Made by a program: the position numbers and the translations under genes
Virus record (IMG/VR): IMGVR_UViG_3300027798_000035
Coordinates: 8,264 to 72,263 of that record
Length of the DNA: 64,000 bases
Origin: a virus
Strand: one strand, 5' to 3'
Part shown: positions 39,079 through 49,087 of the stretch, in pieces
How the letters are laid out: each line of letters opens with the position of its first letter
Position numbering within the stretch: position 1 is the first letter of the stretch
The notes under the pieces: generated by a model
Databases searched by the model: none
Told to the model about the DNA's origin: nothing
Seen by the model: the letters and a program-made list of their open reading frames with translations, nothing else

Positions 39079-39482
39079 TTCCAGTCCCTGATTTCTTTTG
39101 CTTTGGCTTTAAGGAATCGTCCCTGAACGGCGGTCATTAAGCCATCGTCATCAGACATATCAGAACCTACCTTAGAAAGACCAATTTGAAAGGTATGTTT
39201 CCTAAGTTTTATTTGGATGCCCTTACCTACTCGCCAAGGTGCAGATGTCTGGCGCATAAAACCAGGTGCAATAAGTGGGGTGCCAGTGGGTACCACATCT
39301 CTGTAAATCCAGTACACAGGACCTACCGACTGAACGGCATTCATGGTGTCTTTAAATATCAAGAATGATATAAAGCAACTGATTAGTAAAGCGATACTCA
39401 GCATGAGTGACATGGATATAAGACTTATAATTACCCAAACGACTGACGCCAGCCATACTGATATGGCTAGAAATGCTTTCAT
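39075..39482 (-). CDS. Membrane protein
   Basis: Two N-terminal hydrophobic helices. Confidence 0.65.
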   Translation of the reverse strand: MKAFLAISVWLASVVWVIISLISMSLMLSIALLISCFISFLIFKDTMNAVQSVGPVYWIYRDVVPTGTPLIAPGFMRQTSAPWRVGKGIQIKLRKHTFQIGLSKVGSDMSDDDGLMTAVQGRFLKAKAKEIRDWK

Positions 39483-39497
39483 TGTTATTCCTTGTTG

Positions 39498-40070
39498 TTA
39501 GACGGGCCAATTGCTCTTAGTATAGCCAAATGGTTCAAGAATCTGCTTAATACCCTTACCTTTAGAACTGTATTCACGGTAATTGCGGTAGATATCTAAT
39601 GGCATGGGTCCATATTTGTAAACGCCACTGGTGGCTCCAGCGCGGTTACGAAACATCACATATGTATAACCAAGGATGTTATATGAGGAACCACCCTTAG
39701 AGCGGTCCGTCTTTTTAATCCTAGAGAACTGCTTAGAAAGGATATCTATTCCCTCATCAACGCTATCTCCAATACCCATGTCTTCAGTTACTTCATCCCT
39801 AGTAGCAACGGGAATGAACACATGAGCCACGACGCAAGAACTCTTTGTCGGACCCATGTAGTACTGGTCCACTGGTTGTACCCAGTAGACATCAAGGTCG
39901 CCACCGCTTGGGATAAGGGCGTTTAAGCCCTGTGCAAGGTCAGTAGGCGGCAAACGGGCGCCCGTAGTTTTATCTATGCGGCCCGTAGAGCCACCGTCTT
40001 CTTTTCCTTGTTCTAATCTGTCCCACAGGCTTTGAACCCCTGGACCTAATCCTCGTTTTTTAGTTGCCAC
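39498..40070 (-). CDS. Hypothetical protein (C-terminus KTSC-like)
   Basis: VMFRN...YKY...Y....SKGK pattern. Confidence 0.55.
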   Translation of the reverse strand: MATKKRGLGPGVQSLWDRLEQGKEDGGSTGRIDKTTGARLPPTDLAQGLNALIPSGGDLDVYWVQPVDQYYMGPTKSSCVVAHVFIPVATRDEVTEDMGIGDSVDEGIDILSKQFSRIKKTDRSKGGSSYNILGYTYVMFRNRAGATSGVYKYGPMPLDIYRNYREYSSKGKGIKQILEPFGYTKSNWPV

Positions 40071-40076
40071 TATTTA

Positions 40077-40886
40077 TCAGCCGAACATGGCTTTCCATGT
40101 CGTCGGACCAACAACACCATCATAGGTAAGACCTTTGGACTTCTGCCAGTTACGGACAAGTTCATGGGTCTTGGCGCCAAAGTTACCATCGGGCTTTGCG
40201 CCAACGATTGCCTGAACCAACTTGACGGCGTCACCGTTTGAACCCTGCTTAACGGGTGTTCCTGGGTAGGTAAAAGTAAGTGCGGGTGCGCCCGCTGGAG
40301 CAGGTGCTGGGGCAGAAGCAACTGGTGCGGGAGCGGGTGCGCCATTAGGCGTGGCATCACCAAGGCAGTACTGCCAGTGCCATGCCTCAAACTCTTTTGA
40401 CTTTGGGTCAGAACCCTGCAAGTAGAAACCGTATGAGGGTGCATTAGCGCACATCCACTCAAAACAAGCGCCACCCATTGATGCGGTCTTTCCGCCCTGA
40501 TCATAACCAAGGTCAATTGCTAGTCCCCAGCCATGGTTTGAACCCTTGAGACCAGTGGGGTCTGGAGCGGCTGAAGGGGCTTTGCCTTTCTTGAGGTACC
40601 AAGTCTTACCATCATATTGGCGCTTTACGCCAGTACCAGTATCTTCGGTGACATAGCGATCAAGAAACATTGATAACTGGCTATCAAATGAGCGGTAGTC
40701 GCCCACATTCTTCAACTTGAAGCCAGCGGCGAGAGCGGCGTCGTACAACTTATTGAATTGCTCTGCAACTGGTGCGTACATCTTTCCGCCAGTCTTAACA
40801 GAAGCCAAAACGCTTGGGTTCAACTGACCATTCTTGTACTGCTTAAGTGCGGTTGGGACCACCAATTTGATGCAGGGGTAATTCAT
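40077..40886 (-). CDS. Endolysin: M15 (VanY-like) peptidase + peptidoglycan-binding domain
   Basis: DYRS, SNHGWGLAID, EAWHW; Pro/Ala linker; DGNFG..T, DGVVGPTTW. Confidence 0.92.
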   Translation of the reverse strand: MNYPCIKLVVPTALKQYKNGQLNPSVLASVKTGGKMYAPVAEQFNKLYDAALAAGFKLKNVGDYRSFDSQLSMFLDRYVTEDTGTGVKRQYDGKTWYLKKGKAPSAAPDPTGLKGSNHGWGLAIDLGYDQGGKTASMGGACFEWMCANAPSYGFYLQGSDPKSKEFEAWHWQYCLGDATPNGAPAPAPVASAPAPAPAGAPALTFTYPGTPVKQGSNGDAVKLVQAIVGAKPDGNFGAKTHELVRNWQKSKGLTYDGVVGPTTWKAMFG

Positions 40887-40897
40887 AAGTATCTCCT

Positions 40898-41158
40898 TTA
40901 GGCTGATCCACCGTGGATGCCAGTAGTTGTCTTTAACCAGAATACATTAGAAAACTGGTCGTCGTCGCTTGCAACAATGATCATATCACCCGGTGTGGGT
41001 ACGGACCAGACACCACTAATTGCCTTACGATCTACATAAGAAAGAGGTAAGTAACTGTTTTCGCCCATAACATGGGGCAAAGATACATAGATTTCACCTG
41101 TGGTGCTATCAGATGATTTAACAAGCGCCCTATAAATCTTGCCACCTGGATTAAACAT
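40898..41158 (-). CDS. Stand-alone gp5/gpV OB-fold-like spike domain
   Basis: YRALV...GEIYVSLP...VPTPGDMIIV...VFW. Confidence 0.6.
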   Translation of the reverse strand: MFNPGGKIYRALVKSSDSTTGEIYVSLPHVMGENSYLPLSYVDRKAISGVWSVPTPGDMIIVASDDDQFSNVFWLKTTTGIHGGSA

Positions 41159-43004
41159 TGGATTCTTCCAATTGTTTAATTCTTTCAGTCAATGACTGAA
41201 CAGTTGCGTCAAGTTCTTTAATAGAAGCCACTGCTATTGCAGTAAGCGCCAAATTATCAAGTCCTGAGTATTCCCCGTCATTGTCAATACTTGTTGCCTG
41301 CGGAATCACTGCACCAACTTCCTGTGCAATAAAACCGATATTCCCAATTTCCCAGTTCTTGGTCCACGGGCACGGGTTTTCGGCGGTGCCCTTACAGTTA
41401 TCACGAGCGCAATCATGCCTTAGTTCATCGGACTGGTATGGCTCAAGGCCCTTTGAACTGCGGATTTTATTAAGACGGGAAAGGGCCATTACTCGTCGTG
41501 GGTCACTCGGTAATTGAGCAAAGTGGAGTTCTTCTTTCCATCTATAGTTGACAGGTCGTAATTGGCGCACAATATTTAATCCTGTTAGTATTTCGTCTTC
41601 ATTAACTGCCGCCCCCGCAGAACGAAGCGTCAATGGGAAAGACCCGATATCCTGCTTGATATTGGCTGATGACGGTGCGATGATATATGCATGAAGCGAG
41701 ACAGCAACACTGTTATCAGCATTTTGCAAATAAACAGTATTGCTTGATGCGCCAACACGGAACTGCGGAGCAACGCCACTTGCCCATAATGCCATTCCTG
41801 CGGCAGCGCCACCATACCCACCCTGCAATGCTTGACCCGTGTGTCCAGCATCAAAGGTACTGTATTGCCCCCAAAAAATTGACGACACAAACTTAAGTGT
41901 GTTAGATGAACCTGCGGTAGTAGCAGTAGCAGCGTTACCAGTAGTGTTATCGGAAGTTCTCGCACTGTCAACACGAACACCATAAGTATTGAGACCATTC
42001 CAACCCATAAGAGTTGGATATGTACTTGACCAATTAATCTGAGGATTAGTATTATTTACTGCACCACCCGAAGGGGAAGTTGACTGCGAGGCGTCAAATA
42101 TTGTATGACCATTTCCATAGTGTTTCCACACAAGTTGACCAACAACAGCAGAGATTGTTCCGTTGGTACTCCAGTTACCGGAATTAGTAGAAAGATTAGT
42201 TGCTGTAGTAGCATTACCTGAAAAAGTAGGTGCTGTTACTGTGCTGGTAAATCGCCCAGTTCCCATGACATTCAATGTATTGGTAACTTCAGAGTCATTA
42301 GGTTGTGCGCCAATAAGAACATTATCTGCAGACCACATATATTTAGTTGTGCCAGCACTATTGCCACGGAAACCCATACGATATGAACCCGAAACCGTTT
42401 GGAAGAAAGACCATCCTGTTTGACCTTGCAACACAGGACCTTGCGCCCAAGGAAGTGCCGCGTCAGGTGTGTTTGCTGTAGCAATAAATGCACCAGTTGA
42501 ACTTGAAAGACCGATATTGCCAGAGACAGTTAATTGACCGACAACTGACAACCCTGTTGAGTTAAAGGTTGCCACAGTATTGTTCACATATTTAATTCTG
42601 ACAGTCTGATTAGAGAAAACCGTGAAATCATTATTGGCTGTGCCAACACCCGACACAGTGTAATGCTCACCAATTCGGGTAGTTAAAGTTGGATAATTGG
42701 TGTTGGAAAGAACTACCGCGTAAGCATCAGTTGTTATATTTCCTAAAGTTCCTATGTTTACAGAGTTATTAACGGCAGTAATACCTGTGTAAGAACCGCT
42801 AATACGCGCTGATGGGATAACGCCAGCAAGATCACTAGCGTCTGTTACATATAGAAGGCTACTCCACGCCGTGGAACCAGTGCCGACCTTAAGTTTTCCT
42901 GTATCTGTTTCAAAGCCCGTCTCACCAATGGCAAGGGTAGGGTTTACTGAGGCCCAATTAGCCGCAGTGTCACTTCTCAGTTGTATTAAGTCGTTCCTCG
43001 GCAC
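41151..43004 (-). CDS. Tail fibre: Mtd-N-like N-terminus, C-terminal peptidase S74 chaperone
   Basis: IQLRSDTAANW...GETGFETDTGKLKVG; SS..IKQDI, LRPVNYRW, GFIAQEV, terminal coiled coil; probable GTG start at 43004. Confidence 0.88.
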   Translation of the reverse strand: MPRNDLIQLRSDTAANWASVNPTLAIGETGFETDTGKLKVGTGSTAWSSLLYVTDASDLAGVIPSARISGSYTGITAVNNSVNIGTLGNITTDAYAVVLSNTNYPTLTTRIGEHYTVSGVGTANNDFTVFSNQTVRIKYVNNTVATFNSTGLSVVGQLTVSGNIGLSSSTGAFIATANTPDAALPWAQGPVLQGQTGWSFFQTVSGSYRMGFRGNSAGTTKYMWSADNVLIGAQPNDSEVTNTLNVMGTGRFTSTVTAPTFSGNATTATNLSTNSGNWSTNGTISAVVGQLVWKHYGNGHTIFDASQSTSPSGGAVNNTNPQINWSSTYPTLMGWNGLNTYGVRVDSARTSDNTTGNAATATTAGSSNTLKFVSSIFWGQYSTFDAGHTGQALQGGYGGAAAGMALWASGVAPQFRVGASSNTVYLQNADNSVAVSLHAYIIAPSSANIKQDIGSFPLTLRSAGAAVNEDEILTGLNIVRQLRPVNYRWKEELHFAQLPSDPRRVMALSRLNKIRSSKGLEPYQSDELRHDCARDNCKGTAENPCPWTKNWEIGNIGFIAQEVGAVIPQATSIDNDGEYSGLDNLALTAIAVASIKELDATVQSLTERIKQLEESNV

Positions 43005-43128
43005 TATCTTGCCCCTTCTGTATAGCGTCAATCGTAGCCTCTAGGACTGCGATACGCTGGGCCTGCTGTGAAATCTGGTTCACGAGCGATTCAACTACTT
43101 TATTGACATCTAGTTGTACATTGGACAT
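42970..43128 (-). CDS. Small coiled-coil protein (52 aa), not in ORF track
   Basis: AAGGAG RBS; MSNVQLDVNKVVESLVNQISQQAQRIAVLEATI... Confidence 0.7.
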   Translation of the reverse strand: MSNVQLDVNKVVESLVNQISQQAQRIAVLEATIDAIQKGQDSAEERLNTTEK

Positions 43129-43142
43129 TTTGTTCTCCTTAG

Positions 43143-43370
43143 TTATGCGAGCGAGTCGTGCTCTGCAGCAATGGCAGCGTGTGCAGATTCAATGATTTCA
43201 AGGTTACTCGTAAACTGAGCGACCTGAGTCTCTTTTGCCTCATCGTCAGGAAGGCTTTGTGCCACCAACAATGCGGTTTCATTGCTTAAATACTCTTGTT
43301 CCAACTGATTGAGACGACCAAGCAGAGCCTGCTTTTTTCCTTCTACGGGGTCAAGTGTTCTAAATTCCAT
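43143..43370 (-). CDS. Small coiled-coil protein
   Basis: AGGAG RBS. Confidence 0.7.
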   Translation of the reverse strand: MEFRTLDPVEGKKQALLGRLNQLEQEYLSNETALLVAQSLPDDEAKETQVAQFTSNLEIIESAHAAIAAEHDSLA

Positions 43371-43505
43371 TTTGTTTCTCCTGGGTTAGGTAGGTTTTAT
43401 AGTTCCTGGTTGCTAATTTATCACATGCGCCTCGTGGTTTGCGCAACCGAGCGATACGCTGGATTTGTTGTAAAACCTTTTTTGCGCCTAGTTGTACATT
43501 AGACA

Positions 43506-43886
43506 TTAGTTATTCTCCGTTTCAAGCCATTTTAAAAATTTATCATATATGTCAGGACTGTAGTTTGCTACTGAACTAGGAAGATGAACCTCATCAACTA
43601 TTTCCGTGGTGTCACCATCAATGTCACGCAAAGCGAATACGCAATACCAAACAGTGTTATCTTCTAACGCAACAATCTTATGGCGCAATCCCTTGCGGAT
43701 AACAATGAATGTTGGGGCAGTAAACTGTTTGGGTTTACCGTTGTTTACTGTGACTTCAACACTACCGCTAGTAAGTAAACTAATGTGGTCGTGCGTATGT
43801 GCATGACCACCAAGAATATCTCCAGCCTTTTCCATATAGTTCTGTCGGACCCAAATGTTTCCGACGAACCCTAGTTCCTCAATCAT
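43506..43886 (-). CDS. Cupin-domain protein
   Basis: GHAHTHDH...GSV...H.IVALED. Confidence 0.85.
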   Translation of the reverse strand: MIEELGFVGNIWVRQNYMEKAGDILGGHAHTHDHISLLTSGSVEVTVNNGKPKQFTAPTFIVIRKGLRHKIVALEDNTVWYCVFALRDIDGDTTEIVDEVHLPSSVANYSPDIYDKFLKWLETENN

Positions 43887-44092
43887 TCAAATACCGCAAC
43901 AGTTGTTTCGGGTACATTGGCTTCACGATGTTCAAACAATCCTGTTTCGGAATTGTATGCGTCGTTCACTATGACGGGTGAATCTTCAGGTAAAGGAATG
44001 AAAGTATAAATCTTTTCTAGAAGTTCATCATATTCATATAATACAACATTGATAACAATATTGTCTTTTAGCATTGCGTGTCGTGTTCCCAT
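43883..44092 (-). CDS. Small fibre-associated protein
   Basis: HAMLKDNIVINVV; follows a fibre gene. Confidence 0.6.
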   Translation of the reverse strand: MGTRHAMLKDNIVINVVLYEYDELLEKIYTFIPLPEDSPVIVNDAYNSETGLFEHREANVPETTVAVFE

Positions 44093-44096
44093 AATA

Positions 44097-45206
44097 TTAT
44101 CCAAACCAACTAATAGCAATGATGCCTTGATTTCCTGCATAACCATTATTGGCGGCTCCAGAACCCAATCTCATTACCGAACTAGCACCGCTACCGTAAC
44201 CACCGTAAACAGTAGGAGCAAGACCTGATGATACAATCCTAGTTTGAGGTTCCAAATCAACTAGGTAAGTTGATAAAAAGTCAAGATTCAAACTGTTTTG
44301 CACTCCATTAGCACAAGAAACAGAACCAAAAGTAGTACTAGTAGCATACGAATGAGATTGCGAATACGCTAGATTAGGAACTACATTTCTAACTACTATT
44401 GGTGATTGACCAGAGTTTGCATACGCAGAATTACTACCGTAACTACTATTGTTAAGTTGATATCGTGGTGGTGCTACTGCCGCACCATATCCGTATCCAC
44501 TACCCCAGCCGTATGTGCCAGAAATAACCCAATCAGGACTTTTTGCGTCATAAGGATATTGCACGATACTAGTATTTCCACTATTGCCACCGTTAATTCC
44601 AGTACCGCCTGTACCGCCTGCACCAACGGCTATTCCCCAAGGTTGAGTAAAGGTAGTGGAGTTAGTAGAAGAATATGAGTCACTATAAAAAATAGCCTGC
44701 ACGCCACCAGCACTACTACCATTTTCTGAAATAGCAACTTGCGAACCACTAGTCGCCGCAATGCCACCCGAGCCACCACCGCCACCAATAACAGTTATAA
44801 TAGCCATCTTAGCATTAGGGCTTACAGTACTAGGAGTAATTGTCGTGCTACTTGTGTAATAACTAGTACTAAGAAACTTTAATGAACCCGCTACAGTAGC
44901 CCACTTAACACCAGTAGCCGTAGAACTATCAGCAGTCAACACCTGATTGTTAGTACCAACAGCAAGTCTAGTGGGAGTACTAGCCGCACTAGTAGCAAGA
45001 ATATCGCCCTTGGTAGTAAATGTAGACTTAGGAACAGAAACATCAGTTGTATACGCTAGAGAAGTCCACGCTGTAGAGCCATTACCAATCTTGAACTTAC
45101 CTGTGTCCGTTTCAAACCCCATCTCACCAGCGGCAAGCGTAGGGTTAGTTGAGGTCCAGTTAGCGGCGGTATCACGCCGTACTTGTATGAGTGCGTTACG
45201 AGCCAT
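44097..45206 (-). CDS. Tail fibre: Mtd-N-like N-terminus, Gly-rich C-terminus
   Basis: IQVRRDTAANW...GEMGFETDTGKFKIG; TTKGDIL; IGGGGG. Confidence 0.82.
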   Translation of the reverse strand: MARNALIQVRRDTAANWTSTNPTLAAGEMGFETDTGKFKIGNGSTAWTSLAYTTDVSVPKSTFTTKGDILATSAASTPTRLAVGTNNQVLTADSSTATGVKWATVAGSLKFLSTSYYTSSTTITPSTVSPNAKMAIITVIGGGGGSGGIAATSGSQVAISENGSSAGGVQAIFYSDSYSSTNSTTFTQPWGIAVGAGGTGGTGINGGNSGNTSIVQYPYDAKSPDWVISGTYGWGSGYGYGAAVAPPRYQLNNSSYGSNSAYANSGQSPIVVRNVVPNLAYSQSHSYATSTTFGSVSCANGVQNSLNLDFLSTYLVDLEPQTRIVSSGLAPTVYGGYGSGASSVMRLGSGAANNGYAGNQGIIAISWFG

Positions 45207-45376
45207 TATTCGGCCTGCCATTCTTCGGGGGTGTTACCTTCAGCGAGCCATGTTAGATACGCCTGCCATAAAGGGTTCTCGTCATATTGTGTTATTTGTG
45301 CGCCATCTTCAAGCATCACAATCTGAAATGGTTGCCCATTCATATCCGTAACTTGTTGAGTAAAATATTTCATCAT
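45206..45376 (-). CDS. Small fibre chaperone-like protein
   Basis: N..WQAYLTWLAEGNTP motif. Confidence 0.7.
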   Translation of the reverse strand: MMKYFTQQVTDMNGQPFQIVMLEDGAQITQYDENPLWQAYLTWLAEGNTPEEWQAE

Positions 45377-47091
45377 AGTTCCGCCGATGCAACCCAATGA
45401 CCATACATATTACCACTAGCATAACTACCACCTATTTGCACATAGGGTGTAAAACTTGTATCTGTAGCATAAGCAGTAGTCGGGTTAGCCGTACCTGTCG
45501 TGCCGCTAGTATTGCCGTAATCCCAACCAGTTAAGTTTGCGCCACCACTACGGTAGTAAGTAATTGTCGTAGGAGTAACTCGCATCGGCACTCTTAATTG
45601 GATTGTGCCAAGTAACAAACCATAAATATTGCTACTCCCATAGAAAGCATAGAAGCCTGCGTCGGTTGATGTACCAACAGTAACGCTAGTACCATAACTT
45701 TTCTGAAAGTACCGCTGACATAACGCTAGTTCAGTTTGCATAGGTCGCTGCTCAAAAGGTGTAGCAACAGAACCAACCTCAAGTTGCACCTGCGTCACCT
45801 CATACCAAACCGTGTCCGCAACTGCGGTGCTACCTAGATTTGTAAAACCAAACTGCACGCTAACATTATTTGCGCTACTAGATATTGTTCCTGATACTGT
45901 GTACTTTGTCCATGTCGTTGGTAAAGACCCGTTAGTAATGGTCGTACTACTACCGCCGTCGTATCCTGTAGTTCCCATAGCAGCATCAGTTGTTGAAGTA
46001 TTCCAATTAATTGTACCGCCAAAATTTCCATAAGGTGTTGCGGTTGATGATGTTGCAGTTGCGCTAGAGAACCTAACCCAAAACGATAATGTTACGGTTT
46101 TACCACGCAAAGGTATTGAGTCACCTGACTCTAATGCGGTGTCTGCCCACATTCGTGTTCCACCAGCATTTTCAGCAGTAGTGCTACTACCAACCTTTAA
46201 TGCATATCGTGTTTGCATACCAGTAACAGGCGTAACGGTAGTTCTTTGATGTGAGCCATTTTGGTACTGGCGAATTGTCCATCTATCAGCGAGATATGAC
46301 CCTGCATTTAGATATGTCCGTGCTGTGCCTCGTTGCCAAAACTCAAACGAACCGTTAATAATCTTGTTACGGAAACCCTGATAAGGACTATGGTAATCCG
46401 TACCCTGAAGGAATTGCGTAGCCTTGGTTACGCCGTTAACATCAAGTTTTTCGGTTGGGCTAGATGTACCAATACCAACACGGTCATTAGTTACATCAAC
46501 ATACAATGTTGATGGAGGACCAGTAGCAGTTCCTCCCGACGAATAGGCTCCACCCGTAGAGCCATTAAATAACGAAAAGAAGAATTGTGTAGAACTGACT
46601 ACAGTTATGGTTGCCGTGCGGTTGAACGAACTCGGTGTTATGCCAGTTACCGCAACAGTGTCGCCAGTAACAAAATTATGTGGTGTTGAAGTGTTGTAGT
46701 TAGTTGTTCCAAAACCTGAACTAAATGAAGCGCTAGATATAGCGACTGCCCCTGAACCTGCTTTTACTGTTTTTAATGTTGTAGTTCCAACTACATCTAG
46801 TGCTGTAGAGGGTGACGATATACCTATACCAACACGATTATTTGTTGAATCAACTTTCAAAGTAGTTGTATCAATAGTTAAGTCACCAGTAACTGCTAAA
46901 GAACCTAGTGCGCCAACAGAAGTTAAAGACGACCCAGTAACAGTTGATTTAATAGTAGTACCAGGGAGAGTTTCAGCACTAAAAGAAGTGCTGTTATAGG
47001 TATTCCAAGTAGTACCATCATAAATCCATGTCTTATTACCTACCGTGTAGGTGGCATTAGTTGTTGGTGTATTGGGAAAGTCAATTGCCAT
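45373..47091 (-). CDS. Tail fibre with carbohydrate-binding-like C-terminal domain
   Basis: MAIDFP, VGIGT repeats, NKIINGSFEFWQRG, VQLEVGSVATPFE..ELALCQRY. Confidence 0.85.
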   Translation of the reverse strand: MAIDFPNTPTTNATYTVGNKTWIYDGTTWNTYNSTSFSAETLPGTTIKSTVTGSSLTSVGALGSLAVTGDLTIDTTTLKVDSTNNRVGIGISSPSTALDVVGTTTLKTVKAGSGAVAISSASFSSGFGTTNYNTSTPHNFVTGDTVAVTGITPSSFNRTATITVVSSTQFFFSLFNGSTGGAYSSGGTATGPPSTLYVDVTNDRVGIGTSSPTEKLDVNGVTKATQFLQGTDYHSPYQGFRNKIINGSFEFWQRGTARTYLNAGSYLADRWTIRQYQNGSHQRTTVTPVTGMQTRYALKVGSSTTAENAGGTRMWADTALESGDSIPLRGKTVTLSFWVRFSSATATSSTATPYGNFGGTINWNTSTTDAAMGTTGYDGGSSTTITNGSLPTTWTKYTVSGTISSSANNVSVQFGFTNLGSTAVADTVWYEVTQVQLEVGSVATPFEQRPMQTELALCQRYFQKSYGTSVTVGTSTDAGFYAFYGSSNIYGLLLGTIQLRVPMRVTPTTITYYRSGGANLTGWDYGNTSGTTGTANPTTAYATDTSFTPYVQIGGSYASGNMYGHWVASAEL

Positions 47092-49067
47092 TATGCGCTA
47101 CCTCCATCTAGTCCAGAACTTGGTGAACCTACTTCAATCCAGAACGAATCATAATACACATACATTGCGCCAGTATCAGATTTGTACCATAAGTTACCTG
47201 CAACTGGTGAGGTTGGGGCAGTATCAGATACCGCGATTAGAGCAACCGTACCTGAAGCATTAGGAAGCGTGATAGTTCTATCAGCGGTGGGGTCCGTAAC
47301 ACTCAAGGTTGTTTCAAAGCCATCGGCAGTTGCGCCTTCAAAAACAACCGACCCTGTTAGGGCAATATTGCCTACGACATCAAGTTTTTCGGTTGGACTG
47401 CTTGTACCGATGCCAACATTTCCCGCACCAGTGATACGCATACGCTCAGTAGTCTTTACGGCAGCATCATTAGTAGCACCAGTACCTACACCAAATGATA
47501 AATATTCAGTAGCCCAAGCACCAGTAAACCCTGCTGAAATGTCTGCTGCACGACGAACGGTATTATCGCCAGTTCCCACAAAAGTAGGATAGAAAGAATA
47601 CCCAGCAAGTAATCCTTGTGCGGATGAGTCTGCTCTTGCACAAAAATTATGGGAAACACCATTACCAAAGTTTTTGATACTGTTTACTGGACCAACAAAA
47701 TCACCTGAAGAGTTGACTGTTACTAACGCTGTTCCACTTGAGTTTTGTATTTCAAACAATGAACCTGATTGTGATGCAGCACCCTTAACAACAAACGCTT
47801 TATCGGCAGCAGTTGTATTAACTATTTGTGCCATCGCACCACTAGTTAGTAACGCGCCTACACCTAGACGACCAGCCATATAGTTGGCTGCTGTACCGTT
47901 TGCCATAAAGTTCCAGCGACCAGTACCTGAAGCAATATCGGAGTAAAAGCCATAGTTGTTTGTTGCGCCAGTCATTGCAGAGTCAACAACAAAACCTATT
48001 TGTGTTGTGACTGTAGACCCAGCACCAAACGACACCTGTGCCGCCTGAAAGTGAAAGAGCGAAGAAAGTGTAAAAGCAGAAGCAACAGTATTTGCACCAC
48101 TACGGTAATAGGTGGCTGACGCCGTAACATCAGATTGTATAACACCATTGTTCAAAATACCAAAAGAAGTAGTTGCGCCAGTTATCGTTTTAGTTAAAGT
48201 AAGAGTGCGACCAACAGAAGGTGTAACACCAATACCAACATTGCCTACGGAGTTAACTTTGAACTGTGATGTTCCACCAGAGTCCTGAATATCAAGGAAG
48301 TCACCTGATTGTGATGCAGCACCTTTAACTACTAAAACTTTAGCGGCGGCAGTAGAAGTTGTAACTATTGTTCCGTTTGAAGCGAATGTGGCAATGTCTG
48401 TAGTGCCCGAACCAATACGAACATCAAATGCGGCTGTGCCACCAAAAGCAACATAGCCCATATCGGTTGCATCAATAGTTCTTTGGATTTTTGCTTGCGC
48501 GCTAGTCCAGTCAGCACCAGTAGATACACGCCTGTATTTTGTATAAATAATGTCTTGGTTGGCGTTTGTTGCTCTAACTTGCGTAGCAATAAGTTCATCA
48601 CCAGCAGTGCCTCCTAATGCACCACTGGCAACATGCAAAAACGAACTAGGTGAGGCAGTTCCGATGCCGACGCGATTGTTAGTTGAATCAACTTTCAAGG
48701 TAGTTGTGTCAACGGTCAAGTCACCAGTAACTGTTAAGGCAGTTAAAGTACCTACAGAAGTAATTGCTGTTTGAGCCGCACCAGTTACAGTTGCAGCAGT
48801 ACCAGTAGTGTTTTGGTTGAGAGTAGGAACATCCCCTGCACTAATGGTTGCATTTACCCAGTTAGTTCCGTTGTATCTTACGAATTGAGTCGTAGCGGGA
48901 GATGTAATAACAACATCAGTAAGGTCGTTTAATGCCGCTACTGCTGATCCACCGACAGAAGCCGCCCCAAACTTAGTTCCGTTATATACAAGGGCATCAC
49001 CATTAGAGGCTCCTGCGGTATCAATTTCAATGCCCTTAACCTTGAGAGCCTTTAGAAAGTTAGACAT
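47091..49067 (-). CDS. Tail fibre-like protein
   Basis: LNDLTDV, VGIGT repeats, DPTADRTITLP, GNLWY. Confidence 0.8.
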   Translation of the reverse strand: MSNFLKALKVKGIEIDTAGASNGDALVYNGTKFGAASVGGSAVAALNDLTDVVITSPATTQFVRYNGTNWVNATISAGDVPTLNQNTTGTAATVTGAAQTAITSVGTLTALTVTGDLTVDTTTLKVDSTNNRVGIGTASPSSFLHVASGALGGTAGDELIATQVRATNANQDIIYTKYRRVSTGADWTSAQAKIQRTIDATDMGYVAFGGTAAFDVRIGSGTTDIATFASNGTIVTTSTAAAKVLVVKGAASQSGDFLDIQDSGGTSQFKVNSVGNVGIGVTPSVGRTLTLTKTITGATTSFGILNNGVIQSDVTASATYYRSGANTVASAFTLSSLFHFQAAQVSFGAGSTVTTQIGFVVDSAMTGATNNYGFYSDIASGTGRWNFMANGTAANYMAGRLGVGALLTSGAMAQIVNTTAADKAFVVKGAASQSGSLFEIQNSSGTALVTVNSSGDFVGPVNSIKNFGNGVSHNFCARADSSAQGLLAGYSFYPTFVGTGDNTVRRAADISAGFTGAWATEYLSFGVGTGATNDAAVKTTERMRITGAGNVGIGTSSPTEKLDVVGNIALTGSVVFEGATADGFETTLSVTDPTADRTITLPNASGTVALIAVSDTAPTSPVAGNLWYKSDTGAMYVYYDSFWIEVGSPSSGLDGGSA

Positions 49068-49087
49068 TGTTGTCCTTTAATGACGGA

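Noticed and set aside
41151-49067. Diversity-generating retroelement suggested by Mtd-N-like domains
   Set aside because: No reverse transcriptase and no TR/VR pair with A-specific mismatches seen; Mtd-N is only an attachment module
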